Assembly: GCA_965227295.1 (NCBI GenBank)
Contig: OZ245742.1
Coordinates: 3,264,001-3,328,000, forward strand
Direction: 5' to 3'
Length of the DNA: 64,000 bases
Source: Leptonemataceae bacterium
GTDB taxonomy: Bacteria > Spirochaetota > Leptospiria > Leptospirales > Leptonemataceae
Shown here: positions 51,181-60,800 of the stretch, piece by piece
Layout: each line of letters begins with the position of its first letter
Numbering within the stretch: the stretch's first letter is position 1
Notes under the pieces: generated by a model
What the model saw: only the letters and a program-made list of their open reading frames with translations
The model's database searches: none
What the model was told of the DNA's origin: nothing
Made by a program: the position numbers and the translations under genes

Positions 51181-53604
51181 ATGACCGCGCCCGCTTTGAT
51201 CATCACCCAGTGTTTGCAGAACGACTTCGTTGCCCCGCTCAATCGCTACGAGGCGTTGCCGAATCAACTGCACGTCGGCTACGACGAGGCACGGCGTTTG
51301 ATCGGCGAAGATCCCCTGGACGGGCCGGTGCATCGCGTCATGGAATGGGCCTACAACACGTCGGCGGAGCAACTGGGCATCGTGCACATCCGCGACTGGC
51401 ACAACGCCGCCGACGAAAAACAATCGGCGCATTTGAATCAGTTCGGTCATCATTGCATCAAGGATACGCCCGGGGCGGACTTCGTCTTTCGCCAGGTGAT
51501 GCAGGGCGATCGAGAGCATCACGTCGTGGACGCGTCGGGACTCAACGACTTCGTGGATACGAACCTGGCGGCGGTCCTCGAACCCTATCGCGGCAAACGG
51601 GTGCGCGTGGGTTTGCTCGGCGTGTGGACCGAGGCGAAGATAACGTTCCTGGCCTACGATCTGATCACGCGTTACCCGGAGTTCGACGTGGTGGTGTGCA
51701 GCGCGCTTACGGCGAGTTCGTCGCGCCAGGCGCACTTTACGGCCTTAGAACAACTTCAGAATATCTTAGGCGTCCGCTCGTTTCCCTCGGTGGCGGCGTT
51801 TACCGAATACCTCACCGGCGAACAGCCCGCCGGGGCCATCGCGGACCGCATTCGTAATTCCCGCATCGACGCCTCGCACTTGAAGTTCGACCCCCCCGAC
51901 TATTCCTTAGAAGACGTTGATATGCAGTTACTGTTGTATCTGTTCCGCGACGCGAAGTCCGCGAACTTTCGCGTGCTGGACGGCGGTTTCTCCGGCAACG
52001 TCGTGCTCGGCGCACAGTCCCTGGATCGCTACGGACATTCCCAGGTGCCCCACGTTGTGAAGATCGGACCGCGGGACAGCATCGCCCGGGAGCGCATTTC
52101 GTTCGAGCGGGTGCAGGAGGTCCTGGGCAACAGCGCCCCGAACGTCGTGGATTTTGCGGAGGTCGGCGAGCGCGGCGCCATCAAGTACCGGTACGCCGGT
52201 ATGCTCGGCGGCGACGTGAAGACGTTTCAGAAATTGTATCAGTCGAACGACAGCGTTGAGGGCCTGCAGCCGCTCTTTCGCATTCTGGACGTCGTCTTCG
52301 TGAAACAGCTCGGCCGGTTCTACGAGGCCGCGGGGCGGGAACGCCTGAATCTGCTCGAATACTACGACTTCCAGGCGAAGTACGCGCCCGGTGTCCGTAA
52401 ACGCGTGGAAGCGCTGCTCGGCGGTCCGGTCCCGTCCCTGGAGGACCTGGACCCCGCGCAGCCCGAGCAGATCGAAAGCATGGAGCTGGTGCCGGGCGTA
52501 TCGATCCCGAACGTCTGCCTGTTTTACGAGCGGGACCTGCCCGACCTGGTTGAGGCCTACGCCGTGCCCCACTACCTGGCTTACGTGCACGGCGACCTGA
52601 ACGGCGCAAACATCCTGGTGGACGCCTCCGGCAACGTGTGGTTGATCGACTTCTTTCATACGCATCGCGGGCACGTGCTGAAAGATCTGATCAAGCTCGA
52701 AAACGATCTGTTGTTCATTTTTACGAAGATCGAAAACGAAGCGGAACTACGCGAGGCCCTGCGGCTCACGGACGTGCTGCTGGAAGGCGAGGACCTCGGT
52801 CAACCGCCGGTCCCGGCACGCGTCGGCGAATTCAAGAGCACTAAGATTCAGCGGGCGTATCTTACGGCGTGCCGCCTGCGTTCGTACTACCCGGAACTCA
52901 TCGAGCTCGACCGCGATCCGTATCAGCTCTACGCCGGTATCGTGCGTTACGCCATGCATACACTTTCGTTCGAAGAATCCAACGAATGGCAGCGGCGCTG
53001 GGCCCTCTATGCCGGTGCCGTTTGCGCCGATCGGATTCGCTCCGCGCTGCGTTTCACCGCGAAGCTGCGGGTGGATGTGGTCGCAACGCCGTCGCGGGAA
53101 GGTCGAGCGGGCCGGGCGGGTGAACTGGGGCTCACGATTCTTCCGGGTCGCAAGGATCGTTCGCGCAAACTGGACGCGGACCTGGCCGTGCTCGACGAAG
53201 AAGGCTTTCGCACGGTGCTGTGTTTGTTGACCGAGGATGAGTTCGAACGTTACGGCATTCCGGAACTGCGGAAGGCGTATGCCGATCGCGGCTTCAGTGC
53301 TCGCTACTTCGCAATTCCCGACCAGAACCCGCCGTCCTCCCTGGCGGAGGCCGATGAGGTCGTCGAGTGGATGGACGGCGTCTTAGGTTCCGGTGAGAAT
53401 CTCTTAGTCCATTGCGTGGGCGGCCTCGGTCGCTCGGGCACCATGGCGGCGTGTTATCTCTTAAAATTCGGCGGCTTCACGGATCCCGCCGCGGCCATCC
53501 AGGCCGTGCGGGAGGCCCGCTCGCCGCGAGCCATCGAAACGCGGCGGCAGGAAGAGTTCATCGAAGAATATGCGCGGTTTGTCTCCGTAGCGGCAACGCA
53601 GTGA
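51181..53604 (+). CDS. Three-domain fusion: isochorismatase/nicotinamidase fold + protein-kinase-like (APH-type) domain + Cys-dependent protein phosphatase
   Basis: QNDF, RDWH, HC..TPGADF; GGFSG, VVKIG, HGDLNGANIL, IDF; IPD, HCVGGLGRSG, AIETRRQ. Confidence 0.85.
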   Translation: MTAPALIITQCLQNDFVAPLNRYEALPNQLHVGYDEARRLIGEDPLDGPVHRVMEWAYNTSAEQLGIVHIRDWHNAADEKQSAHLNQFGHHCIKDTPGADFVFRQVMQGDREHHVVDASGLNDFVDTNLAAVLEPYRGKRVRVGLLGVWTEAKITFLAYDLITRYPEFDVVVCSALTASSSRQAHFTALEQLQNILGVRSFPSVAAFTEYLTGEQPAGAIADRIRNSRIDASHLKFDPPDYSLEDVDMQLLLYLFRDAKSANFRVLDGGFSGNVVLGAQSLDRYGHSQVPHVVKIGPRDSIARERISFERVQEVLGNSAPNVVDFAEVGERGAIKYRYAGMLGGDVKTFQKLYQSNDSVEGLQPLFRILDVVFVKQLGRFYEAAGRERLNLLEYYDFQAKYAPGVRKRVEALLGGPVPSLEDLDPAQPEQIESMELVPGVSIPNVCLFYERDLPDLVEAYAVPHYLAYVHGDLNGANILVDASGNVWLIDFFHTHRGHVLKDLIKLENDLLFIFTKIENEAELREALRLTDVLLEGEDLGQPPVPARVGEFKSTKIQRAYLTACRLRSYYPELIELDRDPYQLYAGIVRYAMHTLSFEESNEWQRRWALYAGAVCADRIRSALRFTAKLRVDVVATPSREGRAGRAGELGLTILPGRKDRSRKLDADLAVLDEEGFRTVLCLLTEDEFERYGIPELRKAYADRGFSARYFAIPDQNPPSSLAEADEVVEWMDGVLGSGENLLVHCVGGLGRSGTMAACYLLKFGGFTDPAAAIQAVREARSPRAIETRRQEEFIEEYARFVSVAATQ

Positions 53605-53662
53605 CGACGATGAGTGACGGGACGCCGGGAATCGTTTGTGGTCCCGACGCGCCCGGACCGCT

Positions 53663-54172
53663 CTAATCATCATCGTAACGTTCGGATTCACCCCGCTCTT
53701 TGGCGTCGTGATCCGCCGGAGAACCGGTTGTGGAATCCGTCCGCAGGACACCATGGCGAATCTGGCCTCCTGCGTTTGCGGTGAAGACAACCGCGGGCAG
53801 CGCCATGACGTTGATCGCAATCAGTACGGCGGCCCAGGTACGCGAGACGTCGCGCATTCTGGTGTATGCCAGGGCGACCAGGGCTGCGGCACCGGCGATG
53901 CCGAGGCCGACCAGGGCCCACACGGCCGCTTCTTCGTGCGCTTCCAATAAAGCTTCGCTGGTGCCGATGATGTGTTCGGCGGTTTCTTCGGCCGCTTCGC
54001 CCGCGAGGTACGTCGCGCCTCCGGCGACGGCCACCAGGATCGAAGCAAGCAGGCCCGCGATCCAGAGGTCTCGGGAACGTCGCCAGGCGGCCGCGACAAG
54101 CAACGCGAGGACGACGAACGGTCCCACGGCGGGAATGTGGACAAGGATCAAGTGTGCGTGAATCGCATTCAT
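53663..54172 (-). CDS. His-containing membrane protein (DUF2231-like)
   Basis: HAHLILVHIP, GEAAEE, HEEAA, GGQIRH; four TM helices; AAGGAG RBS. Confidence 0.7.
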   Translation of the reverse strand: MNAIHAHLILVHIPAVGPFVVLALLVAAAWRRSRDLWIAGLLASILVAVAGGATYLAGEAAEETAEHIIGTSEALLEAHEEAAVWALVGLGIAGAAALVALAYTRMRDVSRTWAAVLIAINVMALPAVVFTANAGGQIRHGVLRTDSTTGSPADHDAKERGESERYDDD

Positions 54173-54300
54173 AAGTCAGATCTCCTTTTTTGCACCGAAC
54201 GTGTCGGGCAGCAGTTTGATCTGATTATGCGCTGCGCGAGATGGATTTACAATAGGACGGATGTACGTGCGGTGGGGACATTTGTCCCGGGCCGGAAAAC

Positions 54301-54552
54301 TTAATCTTCCAGCTTACTTTTCGAAGACTCTCCCGGATACCACAGGAGTTCGATTTCGATTTCACCCGCGGCGGCGCCGTCGCTGCTTTCGCACTGGAGC
54401 TTGAGTCGCATTTCCTCGGGCGCGTCCACCAGGTGGCCGCCGATGCGGAACTTACCGGCTTCCACGGCGTCCGCCAGGCGCCGCAGGCGTTTTGCGGCGC
54501 GACTCCGATCGGTGACGTACTTCGCCTGAAATAACGTGAGTTCTTTTTTCAT
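54301..54552 (-). CDS. Amphi-Trp domain protein 2
   Basis: RSRAAKRLRRLADAVEAG...EIEIELLW; ATGA overlap with the upstream paralog; GGAGG RBS. Confidence 0.75.
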   Translation of the reverse strand: MKKELTLFQAKYVTDRSRAAKRLRRLADAVEAGKFRIGGHLVDAPEEMRLKLQCESSDGAAAGEIEIELLWYPGESSKSKLED

Positions 54553-54815
54553 GCCGCTCCGTCCTCCTGCCACTCGATCGGCCAGCTGAGTTCCACTTCG
54601 ATTTCAAAATGTTGCGGCGCCCCGAATTCCGCGGGCGGGTCCTCGTGTTTCTCTTCCAGTTCGATCTTCATGTGAAACGTTTCCGGAATGGCCAGGCCGT
54701 CTTCGCCGGGTTGGAACGTGCCGCCTTCGATTTGAGCGGCCAGTTCGCGCAGGCGTGCTGCGATCGCCGACCGGGAGGATTTTTGAAACGAACGGAATTC
54801 CAGATCGCCGACCAT
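54549..54815 (-). CDS. Amphi-Trp domain protein 1
   Basis: RSAIAARLRELAAQIEGG...FEIEVELSW; AGGAG RBS. Confidence 0.75.
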   Translation of the reverse strand: MVGDLEFRSFQKSSRSAIAARLRELAAQIEGGTFQPGEDGLAIPETFHMKIELEEKHEDPPAEFGAPQHFEIEVELSWPIEWQEDGAA

Positions 54816-54868
54816 GCGAGTTAGATCTCCTGAGTGCCTTACCGTGTCAACGTACTCAACAGGTTAAC

Positions 54869-57800
54869 TTAAGAAAGTTTCGCCGTTGTTGCAGGCTTAA
54901 GGTATTCTCGCGCGGCCTTGCTGAAGGCGAGCATCATCTTTCGTAAATCGCCGCCGTAGCGCGCGGGATCGGGGCCGCGATTCTGGGTCCGTGCCCGCTG
55001 CAATTCGTCCCGGCGTTCGTCTTCTTTGAACGGATTCCAGAGACCGAAGCCGATGTTGTTTTCGATGAGTACCGGTTTCCAGTCGGTAATGTCCTCGGGG
55101 CCGGCCCGGCTCGTCGCGCCGTTGTCGGCGAGGACCGTCATGGATGTGAGCCGGTCCGCGATGCTGCCGACGCCGTCCCGCGCATATTCGTAACCCACGA
55201 TTTCCGGCGTCTCGATGAGTTCGTCGTCTCCGCCGATGCGCAGCACCGGCGTGTCCAGAAAATCGTGCATCATGTAGCGCGGCCGGCTGTACGGATGCCC
55301 CGTTCGATCGTGTCGCTCACGCAGACGACGCCCCAGTAATTGCTGATGATCTTCAATTACGCCGGGATCGTCCGGAGATGTCAGGCGCGACCACAGTGCG
55401 TCCGAGCGTAACTCGATGGCGTGCATGCTGGCCAGGGCCGCTTCCCGGCGCCGGCTGGAGATCGTCTCCGCGGTGGCGGCGTCTCGCGCAAAGGCCGGCC
55501 GCCACTTGAACAACACACCGCCCCGACCGACGTTGGAGACCGCGGCCCGGGACGCCACCGTGAGTTCCAGCACGTACTCCGGTGCTTCGTCCACGTAAAC
55601 GACGATCACGCGTGAGTAAGCGAAGAACTCCGCGTCGGCCGGCGCGGCGATGCCGTGTTTGCGAATGAGTTCCTGGCGCAACCGGCGCAGGTACTCCGGC
55701 GACGCCCACGCCGCGGGATTCGCCGGGATGAGTCGTTGCAGTACCTGGTCGTCGATCCAGCCGACGCGCGCCATGTTCCGCGCCTGGGTGAGCACGTTTT
55801 CCTCCAGCACGTTGCCGGCCCCGTCCCGCAGTTGGGCCGGGAAGGCCAGGCGCCCGCCGGACTGTCGCGCTGCTTTCGAAATGCATTTCCAGTGAAAGTG
55901 AGTGAGGCCGCCGGGAAAACGAGCGCTGCCCCGGCTGAGTTCGGCGACGATTTCGTCTTCGTCCCGGGGCGTGCCGTCCGCGTGAAACTGGTATGATTTT
56001 TTCCAGTGCAACTCCTCGGGTACGCTGACGCCGCGGCCGGGGGCGTGGATGCGCGCGTGTTCGAGTTTGTCGTACATTAAAATGTTGTGAATCCAGGCTT
56101 GTACCGACGGCAGCCCGATGCGTTCGTCGAGGCCCTGCAGGTAATAGGGCGCGCCGTGGAACGGAAAGGACAGGCAGTTTCGTAGCGGTCGTTCGAAGCG
56201 TACGCCGATCATCACGCCGCGCGGTTCGTCTCCGGCGTTTGCATGAAGTCCCGGCGGCAGCGTTAAGTGCTTTTGATGTTCACTCAGTCGGCGAAAGACT
56301 TCGGCATCCACGTACATGAATCCGTGGGGGATGCGCAGGCTTTCGTCATTCTCGTCGAAAAGCAGGGCGCGGCCGAGCACCCAGTTGCACGCGTCTCCGG
56401 GATGTTCGCGGTTGTAGAGCGGGTTTTCTTCGAAGAACGTTAAGAGATGCGGTCGACCCGGCGGGCAGACGATGGCCACGGCCGGACGGTTGCCGTCGTC
56501 GAAGAGTTCGGCGGCCTTGCCCGCGCTGACGTCAAAGATCCCCCGGGCCCGGTGGCCCTGCTGATCGACGTGAGCCAGATCACGCTTGTGCGTGTACCAG
56601 AACCATTCGCGCTCGTGTAAGGGATCACTCGCGGCGGGCCCGCCCACCGGCGGTGTCTCCGGAGTGCCGAGCAGGGCATCGACGTAAGCCGGCGGTGCCT
56701 GGCGCAGATACGTGCGCGAACGAAAGAGGCGATCGAAGTAGCGACCGAGCCAGCGATGTTCCTCGACCTGAATTGCGAAGATCTCTTCGCGGGTGAAGGG
56801 CGTCCCCTCGCCGAGCCACGATCCCATGATGTAATCGTAGTCGCTGAAGCCGCTGCCCGCCATCGGCGAGAAGATGCGCCAGGGGTAATCGAAGACGTGG
56901 TCGTAGATCGTCTCCGCGAAGAATTCGGCCACCGCCAGATGCAGGCGGCGAGAGATAGTTTCCTGCTCCGTATTAAGTTCGTCTGAGGTTAAATTAAAAA
57001 GATCCGCGGTCTTGATCAGGGCGAAAAGCACGTCGAAGAGACCGGCTACGCGCGCGACAGGTCGCAGCATATCCTTTTGACCGGCGCAGCGGTAGGCGAG
57101 GCGGCCGAAGTCTCCCGGATCGTCACCGCGGCCGGCGAGTTCCAACCAGGCCTCGGCCTCGGGATTGCGGCCGGCGTCGAAGAGCAACCGACCGCGCGTG
57201 AGCATCGCTCGTTTTTCCGGCGTGTCCTCGCCCTGGTAACATTCTTCGACGATCGCGTGAAAGGCCCGTTCAGTAATCGCCAGAAATTCGCCGCAGCTTT
57301 CCCGGGCGATGCCCTGCGTCTCCGGACCGAGGTCCACGCTGTTCAGTATTTCCGCGGCGCGATCACACAGGGCTTCCACGGTATTCGGCGTTGCGTCGGC
57401 CAGGCCTTTGCGATAGCCGCTCACCTGGCGACGAATGGATCGCGCGCGCCTCTGCAAAAGATGGCGTTCGAGAGCGCTGCCCGCGGATTCGTCGACGGCT
57501 TCTTCGCGTTTCTTAATGGAAGTGCGCTCACCGTAGACTTCCCGCATGGCACCCACCGGCGCCGTGTACTCCGGGCGCACGAAGCATGCTTCGACGCGTT
57601 GAACCGCATCGGGTCCAAAGCCCGCGTGCTCATCTTCTTTGCCGTTCAGCCGCCGCGTCGCCTCTTCGAAGCGTCGCTTTTCCAGGGCGACCTCCGCTGC
57701 CGGGCGGCCGTTGACCAGGAAGAGCCCGCCGGCGACGAGCCACAAACCGTAATCCAGCGTACCTTTGCCGGTGAGCAGATGAAACCAGCCTTCGCGCATT

Positions 57801-60800
57801 AAGGCATGGCGTTCGGACCAGTTGTAGAACCCGCCGCCGCGCCACCATTCCGCGGAGTGGATGGCCAGCTCTTCTTCGTCCCGGGCCTTGCGGTAACGAT
57901 CCCGGGCCAGTTCGCGGATGACGGTCAGGCATTCTGTTAACTTCTCTTTATCGCCGGCTAAGAGGGTGTCCCGGTAGGCGGCCGCGGCCTCGCATTCTTC
58001 GCGGACGTCGCGCTCGTAGTACTGTAGTTCGTCGAAGCCCACTGCCGGTGACAGATAATAACCGCCCAGGGACAGCCAGGTCTTGATCGCGGTGCGGTCG
58101 AGGGCGGTCTTGCGGCCCTGCACCGGGGCGTCGAAGAGAATGAGAGCGCTTTCGGGCCGTCCGTCTCGCATGTCCGCTGCCGCCCGCGGCAGGTCGTCCA
58201 GGATGGTACGCGCGCTATTTCGCCGGGGATGGCGTTCGATCTCCACCCCCTCGTCTTCGCTGCCGGTGAGTTCGTCGTAGTGCACGATGACCGGCAACAC
58301 GTCGGAACCGCGGAAGGCCTCGCGCAGATCGGTGCCCGGCCCGGCACGATACTCGGGATTCTTGAGGCGGACGTCGAAGACGAGGGCGTGCACCAGACCG
58401 CCCAGGGGTCGTGCGAGTTCCGCGTAACTTTCGTCCGGTAGATCTTTGAGGGTGGTCCAGGAGCGGAGGCGAGCGCCGTAGGTCAGGCAGTTCGCGTCGA
58501 TCTCCTCGTCGCTCATGGACCAGGCAGGGTTCGCGCCGCGCCGGCTGTAACGTGCCAGGCAGGCGTGAATGAGCCGCCGCACCCGATCGGCCCAGGTGGA
58601 AAGCGTGCTCCCGGAAACGTAGTTGTAGACGGACTGCGTGGACATGTTGAACGGCGTGAACAGGCGGATGTCCGCCGGGGCCGAGGTCCGCGGGTATTGC
58701 TGCGCCAGATCCCGCAGGTCGTCGTCGCTCAACTCCCGGCCGTCGTCGTAGAGGCGCTCGGCCAGTAGCTTACGCTGAGTTGTATCTTGTGCATCGAAGC
58801 CGTTCAACAGTAATTGCGCCGTCGCTTCACCCTCGCGATCCAGGCTGGAGTAGATGTGTTCGAGCAGGTGCCGGCCGTCGTGCACGCCGGCGGCGGCCAT
58901 CAGCTCAAACATGCGCAGGCCCATGCTGAGTCGCGCATCGGAGACGGGTTTGTATTCGACGGGCAGCGGGATCACGGCGTCGGAGTAGGCGGGGCTTTCC
59001 GGGCGACGCTCGCGAACGATGTCGAAGGCCTGGCGCAAAAGAAAGATGAGGCTGACCGGCACGAAGCGCATGCGCGACTCGAGCACCTGTAAGATCTTAC
59101 CCTGATACACGCCGTGCACGGAACGCAGGAAACCGCGCGGGTCCACGCGCGGGTCGCGCACGCCGATGCGGTCCGCCGCGGTGAAGAAAGCCGCGGAAGG
59201 CAGCATGCCCCGCGGATGAAAGAGCGAGGGTTCACCGCCGGCCTCGAAGTGCTCGGCCGGTTCGAAGCCCGGTCGACGTTCCGCCGCTTCCACGGCGGTG
59301 AACACACTCTCGCAGCGTTGCGCAAAATCGCGGACGGCGGTTTCGTTCATGACGCCGGAGAGACGATCGGTTAACCTGCGGCGCAGAGATGTTAGCGAGG
59401 ACCAGCGATCCACCGGCAGGCCGGCGTAACGATAGACCTCGTCCCGGGTAATGACGTTCACGAAGTACCAGTAATAGATGTCCTTGGGTTGACAGAAACC
59501 CGTGGAACCCGCACCGCCGGGACGGACTTTGATTTCCGGGCGTTCGGTGCTGTCCGCGGCCAGGCGCTGGAAGTGGCCGACACCGATGGACAACTGCAAC
59601 GCCTGGAAGATGTGCGTGAGGGCGAGCTGGGCTTCCATGATGCCGTTCTCAAACGGTTTCGATTCTTCGGCGTGGCGTACGTCTTCGAAAGAACGCACGT
59701 CGTAATTGTAAAGATCGTAAAAGTTCTCCATGGCGATGCGGGCCGCCCGGTCCGCGGGGCCGATCCACTGCGGCCACTCCTGCACGCTGATGCGTTCCCA
59801 GAATCCCAGGTCCACCCGCGACGGGCCGTAGCCGCGATGGTACTTCTTGTTGCCGCCGCGCGCCTCGTACGAAAAGAGCGGATCGTTCTTGAGCACGAAG
59901 AGCGGCAGCGGCTCGTCCTCGATCGTGCCGGGAGTTTCGCGGTACTCGTCCTCGCGGATCAGCGTGCCGTTCGTGCGCAGACGATAGCGCAGCAGCACCT
60001 CGTCGCGATGAGTGCTCATGCCGAGATCCAGCTTCATGCGGATGATGCGCGGCAGGCTGTCCTCGCTCTGGCCGGCCGTGTACCATTCCATGGTGGGTCC
60101 GAGTGCGTGTTCCTGGATTGCACGCTGCCGGGCCAGGATGCGCAGCTCGTTCTGAAATTCCAGCCCGTACACGGGGTGATTCTGAACGTCATTTTCCGAC
60201 AGAACGCCGTCTTCGATGTCCCAGCCCAGTTCCGGGTTGCGCCGGATGATTTGTTCGAGCGCCGTGCCCCGGAGTTCTTCGCCGTGATTTGCCAGCGCCG
60301 CCTGCGCCGCCGGCGGTTCTTCCGCGTAGCGTCGTTCGCGATGCGGCAGGCTCTGCCAGAGAACGAAACGTTTGGCCGTCTCCCGGCTCACGTCCCGGTT
60401 GCGCAGGATGAGCTGCAGCACCGCGCGTTCCACGGCGGCCTCGGAATCGTCGGCACCGCTCTCGCCGATGATCTCGTCGATGCGATAGTCCAGGCGAAAC
60501 TCCTCGATGACCGAGCGGCCGATCTCCGCAAAGTGCCGGCGAGTTTCTCCCAGGTGTTCGCGGGCTTCTTCTTCTAAGGTACGACCGCCGTAAGTGAAGG
60601 CCGTGGTGAGATTCGTGCAGGTCATCTCGTCGTCGAACCAGAAGCCGGCGCAGAGATCCGTAAGGCCGGCGGCCTGAGTCGTCAGCACAATCCAGAGCGG
60701 TACCGAACGACGGCGGCGGAGCGCCAGGTCTTCGCGGAGAACCGCGTCGCGAATGTCCCTTGCACGAAAGGTGTACGCAGTCGAACTTAAGGCCGTATCG

